From assembly GCA_964019425.1 (NCBI GenBank), contig OZ025792.1:744001-808000 (forward strand): a stretch of DNA of 64,000 bases, read 5' to 3'. This document shows, one piece after another, positions 1-11,543 of the stretch. The notes beneath the pieces were generated by a model. That model saw only the letters and a program-made list of their open reading frames with translations, was not told where the DNA came from and did not search any database. The translations under genes were made by a program, and so were the position numbers. The stretch's first letter is position 1; every line of letters starts with the position of its first letter. The stretch comes from Flectonema sp. DT1601 (Eukaryota).

Positions 1-1023
1 TTATTTGAGAGTGGTGTCGAATGGATGAGTACCTCGGGGTCCTCTCCAGTAGTTTGACTTCCCTGACTCTTATCTAAAAATAAATATTGGTGGTACTTTT
101 TGTGCTCAATGCTTACAGGTAAATGTGTCAGACTATAAACGATTTGTTTTTTTTCTTCTTTTTTCCGTAGATTATGGTGCGTACCAATGTGACGAAAACG
201 TATTTCTTAAGGCATTTGACGAAATGATAGGAATTCTTTGTTTTAGTGAGATGGTTCGCCAAGGAGGAGGGATGGTGGGGGGGAGATGAACCCATTCCTG
301 CTGATTAGACTTGACGTGGAGGTAACCTGGCAAGATTGAAACATTAGTTTCAGAAATGCACAAAAAAATAAATAAATAAAAAAAAAATGTTTTCAAAACA
401 TGTTTTAACTCTTTCTCGTAGTTTCTTTATGCAGAGTCGCCCTTCGCCAAAAGGAGCACCTCTCGCGGATAGGACTGCAAAAACGAAATAATCTGAAGCT
501 ATCTTGTCATCCTTTTTTATTCATCCCTTCCAAAAAGAAAACAAAAAAAAGAAAACAAAACAAAATAATAATTTTTAATGAGGGATTTTCTGTGTGTGCA
601 ATCCTGGTATTAGTATTTTTCTTGAACTGAATTTAGTACCCTTCTAGGCTCGCGATACATGAATAGATAAATACTATAAATCTAGCTTGCAATGGGAACT
701 TGCTGCTGTAACTCTCACTTTCTGCTGTGAAAGCTCTGCAGAAAACACCGAATGAATTATGAATGTTTATATTGGTTTTTTTTTTTTAAAATATATTTTT
801 TTATTTTAAAAATTCCTACATTTTTTGCGGTGTGTTTTTGCTTTACCTTTTTTTAGTCAAAAAAAAAAAAACTGTCTCATAAAAAATTACTAATTTTTTT
901 TTTATTTTTTATTAGTTATTATTGATACAACATAATATATTTTCATATCCTCGTAAATATGCTCAAAGAGTTAACCCCCCGTATGCCAGCCTTTCTTCTA
1001 TTCTTCTCAAGTACATAATGGCT

Positions 1024-1297
1024 TTTTTTATAAACATTATAACAAAGCAACTACATCCTAGTCTTGCTAACTAAGATGCTTCAGTCACAATAGATGATTG
1101 AATTACTTCTACACCATAACTGATGAGAGAAAATAGAGGTAGGAGGTATATGGATTACTCTCGAAACCTAATAGTTACTTTAAAAGGCTAAGTTAAGCAT
1201 CACACCTAGCCACTGTATCTAAAACTAATGTTAAATTATCGTTATGTTGTTTATGATACAATACATTTGTATTTTACGTACAAAATCAAATAGTTAA
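1024..1297 (+). mobile_element. Short non-autonomous hammerhead-carrying retroelement, copy A (subfamily A)
   Basis: Homologous by eye to 4359-4635 and 5271-5547. Flanked by an imperfect ~50-bp direct repeat starting with a C-tract (975-1023 / 1298-1352). Contains a CTGATGA...GAAA core. Confidence 0.75.
1103..1169 (+). ncRNA. Permuted (pseudoknotted) hammerhead ribozyme candidate, slightly degenerate
   Basis: CTGATGA 1120-1126, GAAA 1163-1166, AGGTA^TATGG with predicted cleavage after 1148. It has one extra A between stem I and the core, and a stem II mismatch relative to the 4445 copy. Confidence 0.6.
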
Positions 1298-2356
1298 CCC
1301 CCCTCGTATCCCAGCCTTTCTTTCTTCTATTCTTCTCAAATACATAATGGCTATATTCATTGGGACATAGTTTCGTGGACAGGCTACTTGTAGCGGTCTT
1401 GATAAAGACAAAGTAAAAAAAAAAAAGAAAGAAAAGAAGTATTATTTTTGCAGAGGACGGGCCACTAGATTTCCTCCGAACCGCCTTCGTCGTCGTAATC
1501 TCACATTTTGATGGGGCGGAATGGATTTCTGGCGCTCAACTTACCATTGTTTATTTCTTCCTTAATAATGAATGATGATAAAGTCTGCACGCTTTCTTTT
1601 TTTGTGTCGATGATGATATTTCGAGTTCTCAAATTTATTTTTCTTTTTCTTCCTCTTATATATATTATCAGAAACCCTCAAAGAGCTACATTACTTCCGC
1701 GCTTGAGTTTCGCAGCTTGGATACTGTCCCCTGAGGAAGCATTGAAAAAGTAATTATCATTTCCTTAAGTGGAAAAAAAAAGAAAGGGTCAGTTGTTTAT
1801 TCTAACATGAATAAAAAAATGACTAATTTTTTTTTTTTTTTTTTGCCTTCTTGTATTTAATTGTATTAAAAAAAAAACAATACCTTCTTTGCACTTCGGC
1901 AGGTGCGTCTTGCTTGCTACGTATTTACTGGTCTTGTTCTTTACCTCCTCCTCTTTTTTTTTTTTTCTTTACTCTTTATTTTTATGTTTCTGCGCTATAC
2001 TTCCGAAGAAGCTTGCACTGTCTTGCTGCAGTCTTCAAGTGTAGTAACATTTTATTTTATTTCATTTTTGTGTTCATTCATCGAAACATTACCGTTATCC
2101 CCATCCCTGCCCTCATTACAATGTAAAGGCTTTACGTCTTTATGCAGAGTGTTTTCCTTATATAGTCACTGTATCATAGATAACGTTTTATTTTAGTTAA
2201 CTCTGGTGCAATACAGATATTTATTTTCCTCATAAATGTATTCAAAAAAAACATAGTCAACCTCCCATTGTTGTTCCTTTGAGCTTAAAAAAAAAAATGC
2301 AGTATCAAGTTACCCCCTCCTGCCCTTCGTATTCTGGGGGGGGGGGGGGGGGGGTA

Positions 2357-4329
2357 GGGGGGGGTACAAGCTGTCGATAAAGTACTTTTTCCGAATTTTG
2401 GTAAATATAACCTTCCCGGGGGCAAAAAATACCCAGGACCCCATCAGAACCCCCAAAAATGTGATTTCGGGGCCGAAAAAACCTCGATTTGGCTGATTTC
2501 GGCAAAGGAATGAAAAATCTCAAAAAGTGTGGACCGTGTGGTACCTGGGGGTCCAATTTTGAGGCCTGTGAAATGCACCTTCAAATAATTTTTTTTACAA
2601 TGAGAAGAGGTGAGTCTTGGTGTGCCCCTGTATGCGCAGTTTGCTAATATACCATTTCCGTATCAGTTTCCACCTCAAGAACACGCCACGAAAGAGAGCA
2701 GCGCTCTCGCCCGGCCATGCTTGAGGTCATGAGGCTCACGGGCAGGATAACGCAGCTGAAAACGATGTTCTGCAGGGCAGCTCACAAAGTCATTCTGCGG
2801 AGGAGAGCATTGATCCCAGAGTGCATGAAAACACCTCCCGAGACATCCCTGAAGTCACTCAACAGCACTTGGACAGTCAGAAGTAAGATACGCGTGAGAA
2901 AGGGGTCCAGAAACGTCTAGTATCTGAATCGCGATCACAGAAGGCTCAGAGAATAGAGAAAGCGTCACGTCTGTACCCCAAACAGGGATAAGCCTGAAGA
3001 CAGCTGTAGTGGTAGTGCCTCAAATAGCAGTGCCATAGATAAGCAGCAGCGACTTAGGGCAACATGCCCCATCCAAAAAGCCGTTCAAGGCATCACTTCA
3101 GAAGACCCAACCATACTCACCAGCGGGGCATACAAGACACTCTAGTACATGCAGCATTCGAAGAAGTACGGAAGAGACATCCGCTTGCAACTGTACCCAA
3201 GCGAGGGGGATTTACTCCTAGAGTCTTGGAGTCGTAACTACACTGCAGATATTGCGGCAAGAAGGGATCGGCGCAGAGAGATCCAACAAAGCCCTGAGTG
3301 AGTGACATAGTTGACGTCGCCGGTGCACAGACTGAAGGGAAGCGGGTCGAAGTCCCCGACTATATCTCGAAGGACAGTCCGACATGTTGATGAATTCACA
3401 GGTGATCTGTCAGTGACCTGACTTCTTGAAGCAGCAGCTTCCTCCTCACCCTCCATCACATCGCTGCAACATGATACTTCCTCTAGTGCCCGTCATGCTC
3501 GTGGGCTGAAGCTAACAACCGTGGCGTTCGTTGTCCGCACCCCTCAAGGGATGGGGAGGTTATTCAGTGTGTTGTTGTTGATAGTTCTTAGTCAACTAAC
3601 GGAACCATTGGAGTGAGGGCTGCCCTACTGATAACGTACAACATATTCCGGAGGCACACGGACTTCCAAAGGCTACCACATCAACGCAGGACCACCAACC
3701 CTCTTCAGATTGGCAAGAACAAGCACAACAGGAAGCGCTACAGGGGCTGAAAGTACCACTTCGTCCTCACAGGGAAGACCTCTAGACAGCAAGGCCTAAT
3801 GCTAATCTGCCATCCGCATCCAAGGATTGGTCCTCTGTCTATCTTGTACAGAAAGAAGCACAGCTTCGAGCCGAATTTCGAAAGCTGAGCACATGGGATG
3901 TTCAAGAGAAGGCCAGTAGCCTAAGCATTGAAGATGGGGGAATTAACGACCCGGGTCTGGTGGAGCATATTATTAAGGTTCAAGATGGGTCGATAAAATC
4001 ATAAATTGGGTTCCCATTTCATCCCCCACACAACTCAGAGGGAAACCCTGGTTATGGATTGCTCAATGCACGGAATTACTTATAATTTTTGTGAGCCCTC
4101 CTAACACACCCCTTGTTTTCACCCCCCTCAGGTACCACACGGTCCACACTTTTTGAGATTTTTCAAAGACTTGTTCTAAAGTGCTGAAGAACTGTTTCTT
4201 TGGATCGCAATCCCCATTTTTGGGGTATATGTTGTACTTTTCATAATTTGGGTGCCCAAAAAACTTGTTCTCCGGGAAAAAACCGAAAGTGCCCAAAATC
4301 TCCGTAAAATCGATGCTTGTACCCCCCCC
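2357..4329. mobile_element. ~2-kb TIR-bounded DNA-transposon-like element, non-autonomous or decayed
   Basis: Perfect 15-bp TIR GGGGGGGGTACAAGC (2357-2371 / 4315-4329) with TA on both flanks (2355-56, 4330-31). Perfect 37-bp subterminal inverted repeat 2511-2547 / 4129-4165. The interior is GC-richer with no long ORF. A decayed second copy lies at 26734-29515. Confidence 0.8.
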
Positions 4330-4358
4330 TAGGGGGGGGGGGAAACAAGCATCGATTT

Positions 4359-4635
4359 ATTTTTTTTATTTATGAACATGAAACACAAAGTAACTACATT
4401 CCAGTCCTGCAAACTGGAATGACTCAGTCTCAACATTTGACTGACTTACTTCTACACCATACTGATGAGAGAGAATAGAGGTAAGAGGTATATGGATTAC
4501 TCTCGAAACCTATAGTTACTTTAATATGCTAAGTTGCGCATCACCCTTAGTCACTGTATTTAAAACTAATGTTAAATTATCTTTATGTTTTTATGATACA
4601 ACACAGTTGTAATTTTTACAAAATCGAACATACAT
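4359..4635 (+). mobile_element. Short non-autonomous hammerhead-carrying retroelement, copy B (subfamily B)
   Basis: Homologous to 1024-1297. Flanked by the 23-bp direct repeat CCCCCCTA(G)11AAAC at 4324-4346 and 4636-4658. Confidence 0.8.
4445..4511 (+). ncRNA. Permuted (pseudoknotted) hammerhead ribozyme candidate
   Basis: Stem I CCATA(4457-61)/TATGG(4491-95); CTGATGA 4462-68; stem II GAGAG(4469-73)/CTCTC(4500-04); GAAA 4505-08; stem III ACCT(4508-11)/AGGT(4486-89). GUA cleavage triplet ends at 4490. Extra helix CTTACTTCTA(4445-54)/TAGAGGTAAG(4476-85). Confidence 0.75.
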
Positions 4636-5270
4636 CCCCCCTAGGGGGGGGGGGAAACCAAAAAAAAACAATTCAGGATTAGCCTTATATTTCGTTGATA
4701 CGCACAAGAGAAAATAAATTATGACTAAGAAATAACGGCTTTTCAATCTGAATAGTTTCGTTCTTGGTACAAAAAAAAAAAGGGAAAAAAAAAAAAAAAA
4801 AAAAAAACGAAAATGGACAAAAAGGAGTGCACCTAATCTTTACCTAGCCATTGAAAACCCTACAGGGCAGACCAGCCACAGGATGATGAGTTCTCTTCCA
4901 TTCAATATCACTGATTTTTTTATATTCTTAGCGCACATCATTCGACATTTATTTGTTCCCCGATCTTAACAAACTTCATTTAGCTGCCAGTCCTTCTTGT
5001 CTTTCCCGTTTTCTCCCTCCTCGTTCTTTTTTTTTTTTTTTTTTTTTTTTGAATCCAAATCCACCGATGAAAGCAATGGACCGAAAATTTACAAAAAAAA
5101 AAAAAAAAAAGAAAAAGAAGAAGGCTGTATATAAACTCATCACGTACCTAATCTCCAACAGGAAACTCAAAAATAACGCTGTGAGATTCGCTGAGAGCTT
5201 TTCGTACAGGTAGTAAAAAGAAGAAAATTTATTATTATTATAATTATTATTGTTATCACCCCCCCCCAAC

Positions 5271-5547
5271 TACTTTAATATGCTAAGTTGCGCATCACCC
5301 ATAGTCACTGTATTTAAAACTAATGTTAAATTATCTTTATGTTTTTATGATACAACACAGTTGTAATTTTTACAAAATCGAACATACAAACCCCCCCCCT
5401 ACATTACTCTCGAAACCTAATAGTTACTTTAAAAGGCTACGTTAAGCATCGCACCTAGTCACTGTATCTCAGAACTAATGTTAAATTATCGTTATGTTGT
5501 TTATGATACAATATATTTGTATTTTACGTACAACATCAAACAGTTAA
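5271..5547 (+). mobile_element. Two tandem 5'-truncated copies of the short hammerhead element (B-type 5271-5390, A-type 5403-5547)
   Basis: Near-identical to the 3' parts of copies B and A respectively. Each ends at a C-tract. CCCCCCAAC flanks the pair (5262-5270 / 5548-5556). Confidence 0.75.
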
Positions 5548-5643
5548 CCCCCCAACAGGTACAGCGAGTAATCGGATCATGTAAAGAGAAAGTGATCAAA
5601 AAAAAAAAAAAAAAAAAAAAACTATTTTCGTTCCAAAGACAAT

Positions 5644-7965
5644 ATGGCTTCTTGTTTCTGTCAACTGTGGAATTCATTTCTGAGTATTTTTATATCACCG
5701 CTAGACAGCAGCTTACAATTACAACGAAAAAGAGCAATATTACCATTTTGCGTCCTGGCACTCACTTTATTTGCAGCAAATTGGTGGCTATTAATACTGA
5801 GTACCTTTGCAATAGTTAATGTAACGTATTGGATAGCCGGTATTAGCTCTATTGTTTTAATGATAATTATATATCTAACAAAGGAGATAACCAACTCACT
5901 GATTGCGGCGTTCACTGCTGCATGTATATTTTGTACATTAGTAGGTGATTGGAATTCGGCGCAGAATTTGGATCTACGTACTTGGCCTGTTGCTGTAGTT
6001 TTTGTTGATCTTTTATTAATGTGTAAAGTACCAGATCATTATACGAAGGTATTAATTTGTATTGTGGTGCCATACTTAGTGTTTGATAGTTTCGAACGGG
6101 TTTTACGATTTGGGTTTTACGATCTCCCGTTGGGATCAAACCAATCAAAGCGACGAAATGTTTGTGACTGCGACAAACTGCCGTGTCCCGTAGATATCAC
6201 AACTTGCATTGTTGATGGAGCTTTAGCATGCGGTGTTTTTATATTTAATTTTATTGTCACCCGGGAATTTTCCAATGGCATGATTGCTGAACAGAAGAAG
6301 CTCCGAGAGAGCTCAGAGTTAGCTGAGAAGGTTGTGAAATGTTTGGTTCGGTTCGATTTGGAACTGGCTGAAGATATACTGCGGCAGTCTGCCGATAAGG
6401 ATATGAAACAGGTGCTTCACAAGTTGCTCTGTAACTTGCGAGTGTACCGACCGTACTTGCCGACTGCGCTCTTCGAGTTCGAAGACAGGGCGTCAGTAGA
6501 TGTCCCAGTTCCGGGGATTTCTGGAGAGGAAGTGGCCGTCGTCTTCACCGACATCAAGAGCAGCTCCTTCTGTTGGGAGGCTGAACCCGAAGCGATGGCC
6601 CGGGCACTTCGCAGTCACAATGCGGCAATCACGCAGTGCATGGACAAGTATTCTGGTTATGAAGTGAAGACAATTGGTGATAGTTTCATGGTTGCTTTCT
6701 CATCCATAGTTGATGCTTGCAGCTTTGGTTTGAGTGTTCACGTGAAGCTGCTTGAGACTTCGTGGCCTCCCGAGTTGCTTGCGATCCCAATATGCATGCC
6801 AGACAGTTCTGGTGAGTGGGGCGGTCTGCGGGTTCGGATCGGTGTTGCGTGGGGAGAGGCGGTGGTGGAGCCGCAACGAACTTCTGACAAGTTTGACTAC
6901 TTTGGACCGATTGTAAATCAGGCGGCTCGCATTGAGAATGCCTGCGTTCCTGGATCTGTGTCTATCTCTGAGTCGGCGTACGATGAACTCCTGAAGTTGT
7001 CATCGGAGGTTGGCGGCGTGTCTGAATTGCTGTCTGCGAATTGCATTCAAATGCCTGCCGTGGAACTCCGAGGAATTGGGAAACGGAGATTGTGGACATT
7101 GGTTCCATCCTGCTTGCCAGTGAGGTGCCTGACTGTGGAAAATGAGATCAGTGGTGTTGCAATGCCTGTAGACGAGGCCCGCTCGTCTTGCTCATTATCG
7201 ACCTACGTGTCAACTTCAGTCTCAATATCGGGAAGGAACACCGAGGAAGCGCCATGCTTGGGCAGACCAATTATTGGAGTCGCTCACGTATCCATCCCCA
7301 GCAGTGAAGGAGAAGTAGCCTTTGAGATGAACCAAGGATTGCAAAGAGTGATCACATCTTTAGAAAGAACTTCTGGCATAGTTATTTCTGTTGTCGGTTC
7401 ATCTGTGGTGGCAGGTTGGAATGTCACAGGTCGGCAAGATAATCACATCGAATGCTGTTTCCGATTTGTGCACTACATCTCGAGGTACGAGACGTCGCAA
7501 TTCACGATTGGTGTTAGCAATGGGAGGGTTTGTTACGGTCGGGTTGGTGCTGTTGGTCAACGCTTTGTGACAGCTATCGGTCCCTGTGTTCCGTTGTCGG
7601 GAAGTCTCTGTTCTGCTGCGAAGGAACTCGGTACGTTCTGTCTTTACGCCTCAACTGATGAGTATCTCAGTTGTGCGACTTGTCAGCGACTATCTTGTGC
7701 TCTTCGCCCCGTTGATGAATGGTCATTTAATGTTTCTGGAAGCAGTGTTGTCATAGTTTATCAGGTGAGTCCAACATCACTTTCACCAGAACTCGATTCT
7801 CTTATGAACAATCTCACATGGGGGTGGTCTGATGATTATTGGGAAGCTTTCCAAGCGAAGGATGTCATATCCATCGCTGCTGTTGCTGGTGATCCCGTCT
7901 TGCATAATGTTTTGGAATTACTATCATCAAATCGTCATTTAAATTATGCCGTAGTGTTAAAGTAA
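5644..7965 (+). CDS. Multi-TM class III adenylate cyclase, paralogue 1 (active domain + degenerate second cyclase domain)
   Basis: 773-aa ORF with ~6 hydrophobic N-terminal segments. Motifs VFTDIKSS, EVKTIGDSFM, GLRVRIG and DYFGPIVNQAARIE. C-terminal VVAGWN / IGVSNG..YG.VG..GQRFVTAIG pseudo-cyclase. Confidence 0.92.
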   Translation: MASCFCQLWNSFLSIFISPLDSSLQLQRKRAILPFCVLALTLFAANWWLLILSTFAIVNVTYWIAGISSIVLMIIIYLTKEITNSLIAAFTAACIFCTLVGDWNSAQNLDLRTWPVAVVFVDLLLMCKVPDHYTKVLICIVVPYLVFDSFERVLRFGFYDLPLGSNQSKRRNVCDCDKLPCPVDITTCIVDGALACGVFIFNFIVTREFSNGMIAEQKKLRESSELAEKVVKCLVRFDLELAEDILRQSADKDMKQVLHKLLCNLRVYRPYLPTALFEFEDRASVDVPVPGISGEEVAVVFTDIKSSSFCWEAEPEAMARALRSHNAAITQCMDKYSGYEVKTIGDSFMVAFSSIVDACSFGLSVHVKLLETSWPPELLAIPICMPDSSGEWGGLRVRIGVAWGEAVVEPQRTSDKFDYFGPIVNQAARIENACVPGSVSISESAYDELLKLSSEVGGVSELLSANCIQMPAVELRGIGKRRLWTLVPSCLPVRCLTVENEISGVAMPVDEARSSCSLSTYVSTSVSISGRNTEEAPCLGRPIIGVAHVSIPSSEGEVAFEMNQGLQRVITSLERTSGIVISVVGSSVVAGWNVTGRQDNHIECCFRFVHYISRYETSQFTIGVSNGRVCYGRVGAVGQRFVTAIGPCVPLSGSLCSAAKELGTFCLYASTDEYLSCATCQRLSCALRPVDEWSFNVSGSSVVIVYQVSPTSLSPELDSLMNNLTWGWSDDYWEAFQAKDVISIAAVAGDPVLHNVLELLSSNRHLNYAVVLK

Positions 7966-8239
7966 TGTACTCTCCTTTGGTAGGTTAGCAGTCATGTTAT
8001 CAATTCTTATTTACATAGCAATCCAATGTAGTATTTCTATGCTACCGTTTTTGTTATTAGACAGCCGTGATTGATCTACTAGTATCGGTACAGTTTAATA
8101 TTTTTCTATTTTCAGTTACATAAAAATTATTAGAAAATCGTTGGACGTGACAGCGGGTGGAAAAGTCTTTTAATTCCTTTTCTTACTTTTGTATTCTCGC
8201 ATCTTCATATTACTCTATACAGTTTATCTTACTTAAAAT

Positions 8240-10219
8240 ATGATTTCTTCAATAGCTGTTATCGTCACCATCGCTATTTCTCAAAGGCCGTGTGATTCCT
8301 ACACGAATTTGAGAAGCTGCAGAAGAGCAGTGTGCCCAGATCTTTCTAATCAACAATGTTCTTGGATTAGATCTACGAGGGAGTGCAGATGTGTGAAACC
8401 TTCTTGTGATGACTTCTCGACTCCAAATCATTGTCAGACAGCCAATTGCCCAGACCAAGAAGGTCGTCAGTGCCTCTGGACTAATAACGGATGTAAGTGC
8501 AACACCGCTCCAAGAACCTGTGCTGACTTCTCGAGTCAAGCTGATTGTCAGACAGCCAATTGCCCAGACCAAGAAGGTCGTCAGTGCCTCTGGACTAATA
8601 ATGGATGTAAGTGCAACACCGCTCCAAGAACCTGTGCTGACTACTCAAGTCAAGCTGATTGTCAGACAGCCAATTGCCCAGACCAAGAAGGTCGTCAGTG
8701 CCTCTGGACTAATAACAGATGTAAGTGCAACACTGATCCAAGAACCTGTGCTGACTTCTCGAGTCAAGCTGATTGTCAGACAGCCAATTGCCCAGACCAA
8801 GAAGGTCGTCAGTGCCTCTGGACTAATAACGGATGTAAGTGCAACACTGATCCAAGAACCTGTGCTGACTACTCAAGTCAAGCTGATTGTCAGACAGCCA
8901 ATTGCCCAGACCAAGAAGGTCGTCAGTGCCTCTGGACTAATAACGGATGTAAGTGCAACACTGATCCAAGAACCTGTGCTGACTTCTCGAGTCAAGGTGA
9001 TTGTCAGACAGCCAATTGCCCAGACCAAGAAGGTCGTCAGTGCCTCTGGACTAATAACGGATGTAAGTGCAACACTGATCCAAGAACCTGTGCTGACTTC
9101 TCGAGTCAAGGTGATTGTCAGACAGCCAATTGCCCAGACCAAGAAGGTCGTCAGTGCCTCTGGACTAATAACGGATGTAAATGTAACACCGATCCAAGAA
9201 CCTGTGCTGACTTCTCGAGTCAAGGTGATTGTCAGACAGCCAATTGCCCAGACCAAGAAGGTCGTCAGTGCCTCTGGACTAATAACGGATGTAAGTGCAA
9301 CACTGATCCAAGAACCTGTGCTGACTTCTCGAGTCAAGCTGATTGTCAGACAGCCAATTGCCCAGACCAAGAAGGTCGTCAGTGCCTCTGGACTAATAAC
9401 GGATGTAAGTGCAACACTGATCCAAGAACCTGTGCTGACTACTCAAGTCAAGCTGATTGTCAGACAGCCAATTGCCCAGACCAAGAAGGTCGTCAGTGCC
9501 TCTGGACTAATAACGGATGTAAGTGCAACACTGATCCAAGAACCTGTGCTGACTACTCAAGTCAAGCTGATTGTCAGACAGCCAATTGCCCAGACCAAGA
9601 AGGTCGTCAGTGCCTCTGGACTAATAACGGATGTAAGTGCAACACTGATCCAAGAACCTGTGCTGACTTCTCGAGTCAAGCTGATTGTCAGACAGCCAAT
9701 TGCCCAGACCAAGAAGGTCGTCAGTGCCTCTGGACTAATAACAGATGTAAGTGCAACACTGATCCAAGAACCTGTGCTGACTACTCAAGTCAAGCTGATT
9801 GTCAGACAGCCAATTGCCCAGACCAAGAAGGTCGTCAGTGCCTCTGGACTAATAACGGATGTAAGTGCAACACTGATCCAAGAACCTGTGCTGACTTCTC
9901 GAGTCAAGCTGATTGTCAGACAGCCAATTGCCCAGACCAAGAAGGTCGTCAGTGCCACTGGACTAATAAGGGATGTAAGTGCAACACCGCTCCAAGAACC
10001 TGTGCTGACTTCTCGAGTCAAGCTGATTGTCAGACAGCCAATTGCCCAGACCAAGAAGGTCGTCAGTGCCTCTGGACTAATAACGGATGTAAGTGCAACA
10101 CTGATCCAAGAACCTGTGCTGACTTCTCGAGTCAAGCTGATTGTCAGACAGCCAATTGCCCAGACCAAGAAGGTCGTCAGTGCCTCTGGACTAATAACGG
10201 ATGTAAGTGCAAGAAGTGA
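8240..10219 (+). CDS. Putative secreted Cys-rich tandem-repeat protein, copy 1 (16 x 38-aa units + 1 divergent N-terminal unit)
   Basis: ATG follows a pyrimidine tract and AG (8221-22). Short hydrophobic leader MISSIAVIVTIAIS. 114-bp unit with C-x8-C-x4-C-x7-C-x-W-x4-C-x-C. Ends KCKK. Confidence 0.85.
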   Translation: MISSIAVIVTIAISQRPCDSYTNLRSCRRAVCPDLSNQQCSWIRSTRECRCVKPSCDDFSTPNHCQTANCPDQEGRQCLWTNNGCKCNTAPRTCADFSSQADCQTANCPDQEGRQCLWTNNGCKCNTAPRTCADYSSQADCQTANCPDQEGRQCLWTNNRCKCNTDPRTCADFSSQADCQTANCPDQEGRQCLWTNNGCKCNTDPRTCADYSSQADCQTANCPDQEGRQCLWTNNGCKCNTDPRTCADFSSQGDCQTANCPDQEGRQCLWTNNGCKCNTDPRTCADFSSQGDCQTANCPDQEGRQCLWTNNGCKCNTDPRTCADFSSQGDCQTANCPDQEGRQCLWTNNGCKCNTDPRTCADFSSQADCQTANCPDQEGRQCLWTNNGCKCNTDPRTCADYSSQADCQTANCPDQEGRQCLWTNNGCKCNTDPRTCADYSSQADCQTANCPDQEGRQCLWTNNGCKCNTDPRTCADFSSQADCQTANCPDQEGRQCLWTNNRCKCNTDPRTCADYSSQADCQTANCPDQEGRQCLWTNNGCKCNTDPRTCADFSSQADCQTANCPDQEGRQCHWTNKGCKCNTAPRTCADFSSQADCQTANCPDQEGRQCLWTNNGCKCNTDPRTCADFSSQADCQTANCPDQEGRQCLWTNNGCKCKK

Positions 10220-11543
10220 AGCTGGGTATAATTGCCGATTGATGTAGTCAGCGGTGTATTGTATGTCGTGTTGGTTTATAAGATCTGTGTTTTTATATTT
10301 TGCATCTTGCATAAACCGATCGGAGTGGCCATGTCGTGAGAATTGATTTTTATTAAATTAGATAAAATGCTTTAAGGATGAGAACCATGGAGAACTGTGT
10401 TGATTAACATATTAAGTGTGTGAAGAAGTATTGTTAATTGTTGTGAAATGGATGATGGTGTTTTCTCTTTGAAGTCTTCTATGAGTGTTTTAGATAGTTT
10501 GGTATAATTAATTCGTGTTTTATGTATTAGTCGCTGTTATTTTTTTTTATATATTTTTATCGCTCACCTGGTTTAAGTAGTGATGAATGCACTCTGTATT
10601 TAGTAGGATGTTGTTGCTTCTTCTTGTGCGGTGTGATCATGACTCTTCATTTTACTCTCTCACGACGGTATCTTTTTGTATGACATTTAGACAACTGTTT
10701 TAACTAACAATTCAGAAACTGATTGTTCATTGCTCTTTTTTCCTTCCTTGTCGGTTTTTCTAATTCCGTTCCCTAGCTTTTCCTGGAATACACTTCTTCA
10801 GGGGAATGAAATATTACAATATATGTTGTATTATTTGAGTATCGGTAGCATTGGACTGAAGTTAATTCATTCCAACCTACTGAGTTACCTGCTTATGCTT
10901 CTCATGTTATAGTGCAATGTTGGATAAAATCTGACTTATTTCTTCCTCGAGGGTGTTGTTGAGCACCGCTGTAGTTTTCCTCTTCTTCTTCCTCTGTTTA
11001 GATGGATACATGTCTCTGAAAGAGTTGTTGAAGTGAGTGGAAATCTTAGTCGGTGTCTGTTGTAGCCATCTTTACTACGTTGATTTTGTTATTCTTTCTT
11101 CTTTCTAATACTCGAATTAACAAAATGTCGATTCCATGATGAGCAGTGAAAGGTTTCGTATTTGGTCCTTGTAATTCATTATAACATAGGAATCGTACAA
11201 AACATGTCGCGTGGTATTGCTCACAAAATAAGAGTGTCTCTGCTACAGTTGACCAGTTCCTTTAGTATTAGTTTTTGGAAGGAAAATCATAACTATTTAA
11301 TTCCGTGTACGCTGCTTGTTGTTATTTGTCGTTGTTATTCAGTAACTAATATCTTTTAAAGTTCACAGCTCTGATTGATTTACTAGTATCGGTACTGTTT
11401 TATAATCATCAATTTTCATGTACATAAAAATTATAAGAACATCGTTGGACTTTACAGCGGGTGGAAAAGTCTTTGACTTTCTTTTCTTACTTTTGTATTC
11501 TCGCATCTTCATATTACTCTATACAGTTTTCCTTACTTAAAAT
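10220..11543. repeat. Intergenic spacer of the triplicated Cys-repeat gene unit
   Basis: Essentially identical to 14322-15645, and over its first ~1140 bp to 20134-21274. Confidence 0.9.

Noticed and set aside
1..2330. Short Phe/Lys-rich ORFs
   Set aside because: They derive from poly-T/poly-A tracts and have no recognisable motifs.
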